A stretch of DNA of 64,000 nt from Podarcis filfolensis (taxonomy: Eukaryota). Under the pieces are notes generated by a model. That model did no database searches and was not told where the DNA came from. It was given only the letters and a program-made list of their open reading frames with translations. The DNA is taken from the NCBI GenBank assembly GCA_964270895.1, contig OZ185446.1; one strand, given 5' to 3'. Made by a program: the position numbers and the translations under genes. Of the stretch, positions 1-12,373 are shown in pieces; within the stretch, counting starts at the first letter, position 1, and every line of letters begins with the position of its first letter.

Positions 1-218
1 AATACAAAGTTCTACCAGATTTGGAGTAAACCCCTGGAAGAGGTGCAAAAATCCGCTGAAGACCATGGAAATGGCTCTGCATTGATGTAGAAAGTGGCCC
101 GTTCACATTATCTGTACTTTATCTGATGATGTGCTAAATAATTGGGGGGAAATAGTCCCAGCCTTAAAAAAAAAAGTTGTATCCCTCAGTAACTAAGTAA
201 TGCAACTCTTCCCCCTAG

Positions 219-1766
219 GTGTATGGGGAGGCAACAAAAGATAGTGACCATCCCAAGCACCAGACAGAAGAGATGGTCTCGGATGCTCCCAGCATTGCTG
301 AAAACTCTGCCTTCAGCAAAGATTTGCTTTTGGAGAATAAGGAGTATGCACAAACAAATTCTCTTAAGCTGAAAACAAACTGCTCCATTGTGTTAGACAA
401 TGAAAGGAAGACGGGGCCTGAAGAAGCACAGTGTCCCGCAGTTGAAACTGGAAGACAAAGGTCAACCAATGCTGCACTTAGAGAGACTGGTCATGGTTCG
501 CCCCAGAATGAGCCTCTCAGTGGTGCAGGGGCACCTCCTGTCAGTCAAACAGACTCATACACACAGGAGGCTTCTCCTAAGACTCCAGAGGAACAAGAAA
601 TGTCTGCTGGGGCCTATAATCAAGTTGTGCTGAGGCATAAGGCACCTAGAAATGTTACCTTAAATAGTATGGATGAGGCAGAGTCGCCAACTAGCTCTCC
701 AAGTGATGAAAGCCCACCATCGGAGAACATTGCTTTCATGATTACCAAAACGGCAGTCCAGTTTCTGTCCAGTGGAGAGGTCCACGATATAGTCAACAGG
801 CAGGGAGAAGATGTGCAGACTGTGAACATTGATTCCAGAAAGGACACAACATCCCAACAAGGGACGCTAGAGAACCGTGAAAGTGAAGAGCCCGTGGTCT
901 GCTTGGACAAAAAACCGGTAATCATTATTTTTGATGAGCCAATGGACATCCGATCAGCTTATAAAAGACTTTCAACGATATTTGAGGAATGTGATGAAGA
1001 GCTGGAAAAAATGATGACAGAAGAGAAGATAGAGGAAGAAGAGGAGGAGGAAGAAGACCAAGAACCTGAGACACGTGGTGCCCGTAACATAGGAGTTCCC
1101 AGTGCAGACAGTCATAGGAGTCATGGAGCTGATGACGCAACAAGCGGCAGATTTGAGCAGGACTTCAGACAACGCTATCTGTCTAATTCAGCGACTCAAG
1201 CCAAACTCCTTGAAGGGCAGGAAACAGATGAGATGGATCTCAGGAAATCTCCTTACATTTATGCGCCACATCCAGAGTCAAAGCTGGACACTCCCGATAC
1301 AAAGAAGAAATTCAAGTTTAAATTTCCTAAAAAGCAGCTGGCTGCTCTTACGCAGGCAATCCGCACAGGGACTAAAACCGGCAAGAAAACTTTGCAAGTG
1401 GTTGTGTATGAAGAGGAAGAGGAGGACGGCACTGTGAAACAGCACAAAGAGGCAAAAAGGTTTGAAATCCCAAGCAGTCGGCCCGATGACGCTTCCGGGA
1501 AGGAGGAGCCAAACCTAACTGTACAGACTTCTAGGACTGAAGAAATTAGAAAGAACACGTACAGGACTCTGGACAGCCTGGAGCAGACTATTAAGCAACT
1601 GGAGAGCACTATTAGTGAGATGAGCCCAAAATCAGTTTCTGAAGCTCCAGCCCGATCGGAGGGAACTTCTGTCCCGGGCTTTTTCTCACCAAAAGAATCC
1701 CTAGCGCTGGGAGAGACTATTGCTGATGTTGAACCCCCTTCCTCAATACCGTCAACTTCACGTAAG
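219..1766 (+). CDS. KIAA1217: KIAA1217 (SKT) large internal exon, 1548 nt, phase 0/0
   Basis: Acceptor ccccctag|GTG at 218/219 and donor CGTAAG|gtac at 1766/1767. Encodes the recognisable KKKFKFKFPKKQLAALTQAIRTGTKTGKKTLQVVVYEEEEEDG and TYRTLDSLEQTIKQLESTISEMSPK motifs. Confidence 0.93.
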
Positions 1767-2283
1767 GTACTTTAGTATGAGAAATCACAACTCCAGCTGC
1801 TTTCTAAAACAAAATCTGCCGTAATAATCACCATTAAGCAAGAGGTGTCTTCTGATTGGTTTGCTTCCTTTCGGGTGGCTTGTTTGGTGCATTCATTAGG
1901 TGTCTAACAGCTAATAGATTTGTGTGTGGTTTTATTTTTAAAAAATAAAATAATATCTCTCCTGCTGATTGGTGATGGGCAATCAAAGGAAGCTTGGTCA
2001 GCTGTGGGCGAATCAAAATACCTGGGACTGCCAGTTAAACGTAGATTGATCTGTAGTTGAGCCTTTGACCTCCATTTTTGATTCCTGGAATTAACACCAG
2101 TGGTGTGCCTTGTGGTGTGGATCCTTTTGGTGCTTCCCGTGCATGTCTTGGGGGCTTTGCCTTCTCACTCAAAGCAGCTTTGGCCATGGTGCGTGAGCCT
2201 CCACCTTGCCCATGCACTGATGCTCACCCCACGTTTCCCTTATCTCTCTCCCCTTCCCCTTGGCACCCCAACCTTCCTCACAG

Positions 2284-2409
2284 GGTTCAACCAGCACGTC
2301 ACAGACCAGCAGGATGCCAATCCCTGCAGCCGCAAAAAGTAGACAGCAAAGCAACACAGACAAAACAAGCAAACCGCACAAGCTACAGGATCAACGCCAG
2401 TACAGACAG
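2284..2409 (+). CDS. KIAA1217: KIAA1217 penultimate exon (GSTSTSQTSRMPIP...KLQDQRQYRQ), 126 nt
   Basis: Pyrimidine tract plus cag|GGT at 2283/2284 and donor CAG|gtag at 2409/2410. Similar to mammalian GSSGAPQTSRMPVP...KLQDPRQYRQ. Missed by the ORF track. Confidence 0.92.
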
Positions 2410-3137
2410 GTAGTTTTACCCTAAACCCAAAGCTTGGGTTGGACTTGAAAGCGGATTGTGTGTGTTTGGTAAATGTGTAAGTCAAGTGACCGACTTGGAT
2501 GATACCAAATAATGGACTTTTGTCTTCCCGCTGAAATCTGGAATTGGAAATCCAGGGAATTGGGGGGGGCATGAAGATATTTAATGGTAGCATTGTCTCT
2601 CTCTCTCCCTCCCTCATGCTTGCGCATGTCTGCAGTAAACCATCTCCTGCTTTTTTGAGTTTTGTTCCAGTACTCAGCTGCAGTTTCCTAAATGTCAGCG
2701 ACGGGAACAGATGCCGTTTGAAGCATTTCAGATGACACTGTTGATACTAACTCCCTGTTTAACAGACCACAGTGAGAGCCTATTAACCACCCACCAAAAC
2801 GTTTCCACCCTCACCTAACAACCCTACAAAGCATGGCCAACGTGGTGAACAGCCCAGTTTTTGTGGCGCCCTCCTTTCCCCACCCTCTTCTCCTGTCAAC
2901 TTCTCCCCCACTCTGTCCATCTTCTGTCCCGTAGCTGAGGGAGGGGCGGCGGGAAGGAAGGAAGGAGGGAGGGAGGCCTCCCAGGTCCAGCCCATAGGTG
3001 CAAGATTTAGTGCCAGCTTCAGAGACTCTATATCCATTCTTCCTTTCTGCAAGCCTATTTTCCCATACAGCTCCTTTTTTTTGGTTTATTGTGTATGTTG
3101 ACTTAAATTGTCTCCCACCATCTTTATTTATTTACAG

Positions 3138-3659
3138 GCTAATGGAAGTGCTAAGAGAGCTGGTGGGGACTGTAAAGCCACTTCCCCTAACCTGTCTGCT
3201 TCAAAAATCCCAGCCTTTCCTTCCACCTCTGGGAAAAGTAGCTCTGTTTCTAGTGGTGATAGCACTAACCTTCTGAGCCCCCCTACTAAAGCCTCTGCCC
3301 CTTCTTCTAACCCTCTCAGTCCTCCAACAGGTCGCCCTCCTCATTCCGCTTCCCTAATCCCCTCTGTCTCGAATGGCTCCTTGAAGTTCCAGAGTCCCGC
3401 TCACACAGGTAAAGGTCACCATCCTCTTTCATTCTCAATACAGACTCAAAATGGCCGGCCACCCCCTCTTCCTCCAGCTCCCTTTTCCTCGTCCTCCTTC
3501 TCCTCTCCCTCCTCCTCCTCCTCCTCTCCCCCATCACTGAGTCAAGGTTCGAAGAGCATCCGCTCGATCCACACACCCAGCTTCACCAGCTACAAGTCCC
3601 AGAACGGAAGTGTCAGCAAACCCGCCCCATCTTCCTCCATCACCAAGGAATCAACTTAA
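3138..3659 (+). CDS. KIAA1217: KIAA1217 terminal coding exon (ANGSAKRAGGD...SITKEST*)
   Basis: Acceptor tttacag|GCT at 3137/3138 and TAA at 3657-3659. Ser/Pro-rich tail similar to the mammalian KIAA1217 C-terminus (SASLIPSVSNGSLKFQS). Confidence 0.93.
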   Translation, partial: ANGSAKRAGGDCKATSPNLSASKIPAFPSTSGKSSSVSSGDSTNLLSPPTKASAPSSNPLSPPTGRPPHSASLIPSVSNGSLKFQSPAHTGKGHHPLSFSIQTQNGRPPPLPPAPFSSSSFSSPSSSSSSPPSLSQGSKSIRSIHTPSFTSYKSQNGSVSKPAPSSSITKEST

Positions 3660-4809
3660 AAGCTCTATACCGGCTAGTGCAAGTTGCAGACAAAATCTTC
3701 TCAGTTGCTGATGTCGACATTGCCCACCGGTATTGCAGCTGAGGAGCGCATACCAAACTTGCTGTAGAGTTTCAAGCTGAAATTCGAAACTTGTGCTAAA
3801 TACTGGGTTATTACAAGTGAGAGACAAAAAGTAGTTTTGTAGGCATTCGCTGCTGTCAAAATGCAAGAGGGGGGAGGGCGAGGGTGGGGAGTGGTTGGGG
3901 TCCCTTCAGCCAGAAACTGTTACAAAAAGTACAATGGGAGTATGAATGAAACTAGAAGTATGAGTGCACAGACATGGATCGAGCATGAAAATAAAGTGTA
4001 TTAAAGCGAGTTATTTTGTATAAAGCTATTTTTAAGTATGAGAACTAAACATCGTGTGATAATGCAAAATTATAAAACTGAAACTAAGATATTTTTCTTT
4101 TATTTTAGTGTTATCCAAATTTGTTACAGATTTCTATTTTTGTCAAAAAACAAAAACAAAAAAACCCTTCATGGTTACTTTCAGAAATCTTTTTTGCCAA
4201 AACATTTGATACTATTATAACGTACATTTTGATAGTTACGCTGAACACCTTCCTCTGCACAAGCGACAATAGTTAAGACTGAGACTGACGTGGTAGGAGG
4301 CAACTTTACCTATTGCACTGCCATTCAGATTATATTTAATAATAATTTGCGATGCCAAGGAAAAAAATTGTTTTTACATTTAGGCATTTGCTGATTCCCT
4401 TTTGCTTCCTTCATTTTTCCATTTTACTGAGACCTGGGTAAATCATGTAGTACTACCATGTGGATTATTTTTTAAAAGTGTGTACTGTTCTGTATAATGG
4501 AAAAACCTCTGTACATATTATAATATAAATATATAAATATAAATATATAAATATAAAATATAAGTACAGTATGCGGCTGGGCACAGACAAGAGTAGTTTT
4601 CGACACCAAAGGTCCATTTTATGCATGGTTCTCAAGTACACTTTGGGAAAAGGTCAGTGAGGGACAATTGGGAGTTGCCAAGGGGGGTGGGGGTGGGCAG
4701 GGATGGGTTTCAGAAAGCAACCTGTGTGGCAAGGCGAGTGGTTCTTTTTGTAAATATCTTATTTGTACAACTCTATAATACAGAAGCAAAAAAAAAAAAC
4801 CTTTGCAAA

Positions 4810-4815
4810 AATAAA
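4810..4815 (+). terminator. KIAA1217 distal polyadenylation signal AATAAA (a proximal one lies at 3990-3995)
   Basis: AATAAA followed by a GT/T-rich downstream element (ttatgttgtggtattattttgtc). Confidence 0.7.
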
Positions 4816-5099
4816 GGGCTGCATGCTTATGTTGTGGTATTATTTTGTCACTAATCAATTATTTTGTAGTTTTCATACTAGCCCACTGAAAGAAAAGGGC
4901 AAAAGCACTTTAAAGTCGTGGTGGGTTGTGTCTGCTGTTTGTTATAAATACATACGAAGGTGAGCAACTTCATGCATTGACCAAAATGCACTAGTTTTAC
5001 CTGTGCAGGTTACGTTTTGTCAGTGGCAGCTGTCTCAACCCGCCTAATGGTAGGGCCAGCACTAGCCGTACACAGAGGACAGTGTGTAAATGGCTACTA

Positions 5100-5285
5100 G
5101 GCTATACACCGCCTGTGGCAGGATGCCCTTGAATGCCCGCTGCTGGGAATCACATGTGGGGAGTGTTGTTGCACTCAGGTCTTACCTGTGGGTTTCCCAT
5201 AGGCCTCTGGCTGGAGGGTGGAATAGGATGCTGGACTAGATGGGCCAATGGTTTGATCCAGCAGGGCAGCTTGTCTTGTCTACAA
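5100..5285 (+). mobile_element. CR1 LINE 3' end fragment
   Basis: ggatgctggactagatgggcc...tgatccagcagggc is the typical reptile CR1 3' terminus. Ends approximate. Confidence 0.7.
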
Positions 5286-7049
5286 GTGGCCATTTTTCTG
5301 CAGGAAATCATGATAGGAAGCTGAGGTCCAATGCAGCTTCCTCTCTCAAAATTTTTGTGTTACGCACAAAAGGTATTTTCCCTTATTAGCTTAAGTTTTT
5401 TACATCATGTGCAGCTTGACCACAACCTAGAATCCCCAACTGGTGGCTGCCACTAACATAGGGGCAACATCCTGTTTGTCTTGTTTTATAATAACGTGCG
5501 GCAGATTATCGTGCTGGCCCAATACTGCAATCTGCAAGAATGTAAGTGAACAGAAGCCTCTTATGTGACCTTGTTCAGGAATTTTAAGGAGCCAGTAGTT
5601 TTTAAATTAGTGCAGTTTTCAAAGGGATGGTCTCCCATCTGAATCCAAAATGGCAGCCAGCTGACTTCAAGACATAAAAGAAAACCTGCTCCTTGATCTC
5701 AGGAACCATCACGCAAAATCTGATTACAATATCTTAAGTGTCCAAATATACAATGAAAAAACAAAATTTCCAAATTATATAGTTGATACTTCTAGGACAC
5801 ACCTCTAGCAACTGCATACCTTTGGAAGCAAGTAAAACAACACTCTGTTAAGAGCAAGTCACAAACATAAAGTTCTTGCATTATCAGTCCACCCAGTGGA
5901 TGGGCTACATTTGCCCCTGCATGCATAAATAAATATCCATATCTATTATCTATATAGGAATAAAGTGAGATTGAAAAACAATTTCAGTTTACAGGAAAAG
6001 TTTCTGCTCACTTGGAAGATGGATTCTTAGGTGCTGATGCAGCATGTGAAAGTTCCTTAATTTTTTTAAGGTTCTGAGAGCCCCATCTCCAACTAGCTGA
6101 TATTACTCCTTGTAGACAAAGGCTACCAGAAAAGTAGAAAGGTGAGTGGTAGGCGGTTCATATACCATTTGGGGGAAGAGGTTTAGGAAACTTCCACCAT
6201 TACCAGTTGTTCAGCATTACAACCACTCATTGCCCCAGAGCGTTACTAACTTTATTTACATCCACCCTCTTCAAATGATTGAGGCAGCTCTCAACATCAT
6301 TTAAAAAGTCCACACACAAAGCTACAAAACAAAATTATGTTTCTGCCAGCAGAGCCAGCACAATCAACCCACAAGTCAAGCAGCCCTTGGGCAAAATTCT
6401 CCCTTGAACATGAACATTTTACGCATTTGCTGAAGGCCTAGAGCAGGGATAACTCCGAGAACTCTTATTTAAGAGAGGGGCAGAGCCCCCCCCCCAAAAA
6501 AAGCAATGATGGTGACATTCAGGCTAACTCTTGATTTTTAAGAATGACAGTGCCTCTTTTTTACAAAAGCACTGACTGCTGGTGTCCATCTTTTGACCAA
6601 TCTTGGTGAACCTGGAAATGTTGGAGTCTGGGTAAAGAAGGCATAAATCCAAATGCCATGGCAAATATCAAGACAAACTTCTGATAAGCACCTGAATTTT
6701 CAGATTTCGGGGTATATTATTAATAACACAATTGCCATCAGCATGTGTGACACTTTACAATCTAAGAGGGCTTATCCCTTAAGAACCTGACAATCTGAAA
6801 TTTGGCACATGAGAGGCATGAAGAGGCAAACTATGTGTTTCCGTCACATATACTCAGTTACAGTAGGGCATGAGATCTGGGGCAGGGGGTGTTCCAAAGG
6901 CTTACACGGAGACAGCAGACGTTGAGTGGTTTGAAATAAAGTATATATGCTGCCATATCAAAGTATCAGGGTGGCACAAAACAACATGTACACAGCAAAA
7001 CGTAAGACATGATTTAAAACACCACAAAAGAATCATTAAAATGGCTGAG

Positions 7050-7760
7050 CAATCAAGAACACCTTAGACAACTGCATAGGCCTATTGGCATAAATTGCTC
7101 TTCAAGAGAAGCCTGAAGGTAATGCTGCGTGCCAAATCCTCAAGAGTGTCTTCTACAGCATGAGACCAGTGACACAAAATGCCAGTGAGGCCTCTTAACA
7201 AGGGAGACAACTAGCATCGTGCACTAAAGGCCAAAAGGGTAGAGGAAGCAATATATTTTCAGATAGTGGAGGAAGGTGAGTGAGTGGTAAGAATGAAGGC
7301 TTTACAGGCAGGGATGTTTGTGCCTATAGTGGACCATAGTCCTCTATGGCAAATGGAGAAGAGGGCAGGGACAGGGAAGCGACCATGGAAGACATCAAAC
7401 AGAAGAACTAAGTGCTTGAATTGGCTCTAGGAGCAGACAGGAAGCCAGTCTTGTGATCAAAGGAAAAGGGGGGCAATTCATTTTGGAAGCAGTGGTTTGG
7501 ATAAGAGACATGGGCCGTTCCGAGGTGGAAAAGGTTGCAAGAGGCAACAGACTCAAACCAGGGTTTCCACCAAAGGGGCAGAGAATAAAGGCCATATTTT
7601 TGCAGCGTTGAAATGGTGGGCGCAAGAGGACTTGACAAAGGATGGAACACAGGGAACAAAGGGACAGAAGAATCAAAGACAAAAAGAAGCCTTTCTATCT
7701 GCTCAACTGTATGATAAAGTGGGACTTGGATACATTGAGTTTTGAGATGACACTGGAAAT
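7050..7760 (-). mobile_element. Degraded L2 LINE ORF2/3' fragment
   Basis: The minus strand gives a frameshifted resemblance to the L2 LHWLPV-x-RIQFK-x-LVL motif near 7400-7460. Ends approximate. Confidence 0.5.
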
Positions 7761-9776
7761 CTCCTGACACTCAAAATCTTCTACCTAACGTTAGGGCTGG
7801 CCCCAGATGTGACAGTGAAAGGCAGCTGATTATAAAACACCAAAGAGAAAGTCTAACGAGGGTGTGCACATATAGAATCATAAATAATTACGAACATACA
7901 CGGTGTATAAAGCATCAGAGATAAAAGTCTGAAGCTGTATCACTTTGTAACGAAATTAAAATGAGGGTTCATTAACAAAACTCTTAGGGGTACAGTGGAC
8001 TGTTTCTCTCCACATCCCACCCTCACTCCAATCTGGACTGAATACAAGCAAGTTTGTACAAAGAAGCTTATTTATATACTGCTTTCCACTTATACATTTA
8101 TGAATCGCAATGCAACTCACAATATACATAAAATCATTAAAACCAGCATTCCAAATATCAAGAGAGTCATAATTTCAAAACTACAGCTTCAAGAACCGAA
8201 AGAGAACTGCATACAGTCAGCAAACACCAAGGTAAGCAGAAAGGTCTTTTAACTGTCTATGAAAGCACCTCATCATCAGTACCTGACTGATCTCCATAGG
8301 GAACTCAATCCACAAAATGGGAACAAACTCTTTTAAACCCTGGCCTAGCACATTTCAATAGGTCATGGTACAGTCAGGAGAGCACAGCCCGTAGATCAAA
8401 GTTGTATGGGCGCACATTATGACTCATTGCAAACAGCTCTAAAATGTGTTGAACTGCAGGCTACTGAAACTACTTCTATTAGCTCTTTTCCACAAGTTCC
8501 ATCAGCTTACATAGAAACAAAGCACCCTGCTACCATTGTGTGAATTGGCCCCAATATGCAACACAATGGTGTTGGTCTGCAGCTACCATAAACACTTGTG
8601 GCACTTGTCCATGTGGCACTTGTCCATGTGTGTCTCCATCTTCTGTCAACCAGCTGCTCTGAAGGTATAAATTTCTACATACACATACATAAATAAATAA
8701 GCACCTCATCCACTCCACAGCTCTTGAATGAATCGGGATCCTGTCCCTGAAAACTAATAGCACAGTGTTTATGATGGATGCTTGAAAATACAGCCTTATA
8801 GCATGTAGCAACAGATTTATGTCAAGCTGCTGCTCATGCAAGTTGGCATTTTTTACACCACAGCAACCTCAAGGTGAAAACTGAATGCATACGTGAACCA
8901 GTCCTTATTTTCTTGCAGTACTCTGTACTGGAGGAGGTGGGGTGAAGAAAAATGTCCTTGCAATGGCTTCCTACTAATGGAACTGAAATTTCCATGGAGG
9001 TTTGAACAGTGAGGTGACCAAGGGGTTTGCTTTCATATCTTACAGCCTTTGTGCTGTGTTAATTAATCCAGAATAAATGTCCACCATGCCATACTCCTGT
9101 TACCTGATTAGTGACTTGGGGAGGGGGGTCTGAGATGCCTCAAAGTTTGAGACTAATACCTCAGTTCAGAGCCACAGAAGAGAATCTATGGTAAGGCCTT
9201 TAAGACTCGAGACCCCAGACCATAAGACTGCAAGAAACACCATCCTCTGTCTTGCAAACATGTTTATCATTTCAACATGAGAACCTGCCCTGATTCCACC
9301 TGCCCAGTGGCACTTTTGACATTATCTCCTACAACACCATCCACCCTCACAGTAGGGCATACCTCACCCAAAATCCCCAAAGTAACATGCGGCAGAGCTT
9401 GGAAGTCCTTACAATCCAAACAAAACAAAACAGACGCTCGTTAAACCTGCACAAGGTCTTTGATATATCCAAAGTGGTTCTCAGTAGAGGCTTCTGTTTG
9501 CAAGAACAATATGACAATAAGAGTGGGCTGCAAAACAATTAATCCATGTTAAACCATCAGCCCCATCCCTAAATAAAATTCACAAACAAGCCCTGTTCAA
9601 AGCATTCATCTGTTATTTTAATAACCATTTCCTACATCATGGACCTTTTTGGCAACACTTTTCATTTTCTCATACTGGGTGGGTATAGTCAGTGAACTTA
9701 GATGATATGAACTTGACATTTTTCATTCTTCCCCCTTTAAGGAAAGTCAGTCCATGCAAAGAACCATCAAAACAAT

Positions 9777-9782
9777 TTTATT
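9777..9782 (-). terminator. ARHGAP21 distal polyadenylation signal AATAAA (proximal candidates at 10377-10382 and 10391-10396)
   Basis: tttatt on the + strand, with GT-rich sequence downstream on the - strand, about 0.87 kb after the stop. Confidence 0.65.
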
Positions 9783-10651
9783 TCCAGTGTTTTAAGCGGG
9801 TATGCACACAGGCATGATACAGATTTGGATTCATTAAAGTCTTCATGCAGAATTATATTCTCAATAAAAGAAACCAGTTCCATCCAGGATCCACTATCTA
9901 CACGCCTATGTTACAACATTTATATCAAATCTGGTATCTGAGGAAAAGATACAGATGGAGTATATACATTTAAGTTACTTATTTTACAGAAAGATTAAAA
10001 ATTCAAGTCACATAAAACTCAAAAACTGTATTAAAACTGGAATATAAAACTCAGAAATCCAACTGGAATGCCTAAGGAATGGAAGCTCTGTACCCACCTG
10101 TGTTAAAATTTGTAAAATGTCATGAAACTTCTTACCAGTAAAATGTATTCATTTGTTGTTTATATTAACATCCTCTAATTTAACAATTATTATGGCACCC
10201 TAACAAACCAAATGAACTTTTTTTTTGATGAGGCACTTGTTAGTGACTAAAGCCAAAAGAACATTTTTTCCTGCATACTAATGCCAGTTGTCAGTCATAA
10301 AAAACATGTACACATTACATAACATGTTGCATTAGATGCTTTGTTCCACATGTGTATGCAGCAATCAAATATACTTTTATTTAAAATAAATTTATTTTTA
10401 TATATTTATATATATTTATTTATATATATATATATATTTTAGACTCTACCCTCCCACCCAATATTGTGGCTGTATTAATGCACCATAAAGACCTTTTCCA
10501 CAGCGCATATAGATGAAACAAACCTCCTTTGAGAGCTGCAAATTAACATCATACAGGGGGAAATAAACACATACAGAAAAACTGGGAAAGTGTTAAAAGA
10601 GAAGCTGCTAATTGAATTGCTGTAGTGGACATCTGAATTTCTCTCTCCATT

Positions 10652-12373
10652 TCAAAGATACTGGTAGAATCGAGATCTAACCACCTGGGTCCCAGATAAT
10701 TTATGAGGATGGGCATCAACTGCTGGGCTGAAGTTGCTTTTGTTCATATTCTGGTAGCTTTCTCCATTAACATGGTCTAGTGGCTGCAGCGATCCTGACA
10801 CTGGTGTTCGAGGAACCAGAGTCAAACTACTGCTAGAAGAAGAGTCACCTTCCTCTGCCCACATCTCTGCAGACGAAGAGAGGTCTGTCTTTGACGAATC
10901 TGCTACTCTGCTAGTGTTCTCCCGCTTGGGCTCTCCGCTTTCCCCCACGCTAAGGTCGGTTGTGCTAGTGCGTAGACGCTCTCGTGCAAGCCAGTCTGAA
11001 ATGGAGAGGTCTTGTGCTGGGCATTTGGGCTTCAGCCGGTTCACGGCTGAAGCATCTTTCTCCCTGTTGGGATTTTTCTCTTGGACTTTCCAAGAATTCA
11101 GAACACTTATTTCAGCAAAATCTCTCTGGCCTCCCAAAGTGTGCCTTCGCCTGATGTTCTTTCTCTTGGCGGTCTCTGCTGAGTTAGATTTCTGACTGCC
11201 TACTCCAAACATATCATCTGCGGACGACTTGAGCCGCAGTTTTAACCTGTCTGTAATCTTGAGTCTCCATGTGGGCTCCTGCTTTTCAGGCTCACTTCTA
11301 GCCGACGCAGCTAAGCTGCTGGTTGACTTTCCTTTCTTCATGATGTCAAACATTTTGGACACCGCTGGCGACTCCTTCTCACACTTGGCATCTCCGGAGC
11401 CTTCGCTGTCCGTCTTGTGCCGGGCTGATTTCTTCCGGGATAGCGTATCACATTCAATAAGTTTGTGTGAGCTGAACAGTCTGCGGTTGTCCAGCTTGGG
11501 CGTTGAACTTCCCTCTGTGCAACTGACTTCGCTTTCTTCAGAGTTCCTCCGGCTGCCCTTTGCCACGTCTTGCGTCTTCCCCCTGAACAGCCTTTCCACT
11601 GCAGAGCTCGTGGCAAAAACGGGGAAGTCGCTCTCGCTGTCCGATTCCACAGGGCGACCTTCGCTGATCAGTTCACTTCTCTCATCGTCAGCCTCTTCTC
11701 CTTTACTCTCCGCAACTGACTGCACCTCGGGGCTTAGCATGGTGGAATCCAAACCAGCTAGGTACGTGGTAGATGACGTTGTGGAGTAATCAGAAGTGAT
11801 GGAGCTGACATCAGCTGCTAAAAACTCACCAGGGTTGGCCAACTTTTTGCAGGAGAATCTGTGCAGAGAAGCCTGTGAAGAAGTGCTAACCATCGTGCCT
11901 GAGTCAGAGACTGTTTCTTCCAGTTGAGAAGAGGCTTGACAAACAGGTGGTTTCACACAATCTCTCTGGGTACTTAGCCGGAAGCTGAGATTTGGCGATC
12001 TCATATATTTTTGGTGGTAAGATGTTGTACGGTCTTCCGAGGGCCCACACTCTTTCCTTGGCAACGCAGCCTCCCCCTTGGCTGCCACAGAAGGCTTCTT
12101 AACACTGCTCTCTTTTTCCTTTGGAGCTACCATTCTCGCATTTCTCCCTGCCATTTCCTTCTCCGGTTCCTCTTTAGGTGGGTTATCTTTTGCCGAACTG
12201 CCGCAAAAGTGCTCCCCTTGCTCCCTCTTGAAAAACACATTATCTAACTCATCTTCGGAGCTGCTGGGTTGCGGTTTCTCTTTTGTTTTTTTCCGCTTGC
12301 GACTGGCTGCTGCAAAGATGGAGGACTTAAGCAGTTCTCTGCTATACTGATCCTTTCCAGATCCCCAAGAACC
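10652..12373 (-). CDS. ARHGAP21: ARHGAP21 terminal exon ([15 protein letters not shown]...RSRFYQYL*), 574 codons
   Basis: Acceptor catacag|GGT at 12374/12373. Motifs [30 protein letters not shown] and [17 protein letters not shown] match the ARHGAP21 C-terminus. Confidence 0.96.
   Translation of the reverse strand, partial: GSWGSGKDQYSRELLKSSIFAAASRKRKKTKEKPQPSSSEDELDNVFFKREQGEHFCGSSAKDNPPKEEPEKEMAGRNARMVAPKEKESSVKKPSVAAKGEAALPRKECGPSEDRTTSYHQKYMRSPNLSFRLSTQRDCVKPPVCQASSQLEETVSDSGTMVSTSSQASLHRFSCKKLANPGEFLAADVSSITSDYSTTSSTTYLAGLDSTMLSPEVQSVAESKGEEADDERSELISEGRPVESDSESDFPVFATSSAVERLFRGKTQDVAKGSRRNSEESEVSCTEGSSTPKLDNRRLFSSHKLIECDTLSRKKSARHKTDSEGSGDAKCEKESPAVSKMFDIMKKGKSTSSLAASARSEPEKQEPTWRLKITDRLKLRLKSSADDMFGVGSQKSNSAETAKRKNIRRRHTLGGQRDFAEISVLNSWKVQEKNPNREKDASAVNRLKPKCPAQDLSISDWLARERLRTSTTDLSVGESGEPKRENTSRVADSSKTDLSSSAEMWAEEGDSSSSSSLTLVPRTPVSGSLQPLDHVNGESYQNMNKSNFSPAVDAHPHKLSGTQVVRSRFYQYL

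Noticed and set aside
2100-2342. Signal-peptide-like ORF (VVCLVVWILLVLPVHVLGA...) in the KIAA1217 intron
   Set aside because: GTG start, out of phase with both flanking exons, and the hydrophobicity follows from the GT-rich composition.
10655-10675. C-terminal FYQYL as a PDZ-binding motif
   Set aside because: Position -2 is Gln, which fits neither class I nor class II consensus.
10914-12350. Several + strand ORFs (93, 186, 78 and 90 aa) overlapping the last ARHGAP21 exon; similar ORFs overlap KIAA1217 exons
   Set aside because: Antisense or alternate-frame shadows of real coding exons.
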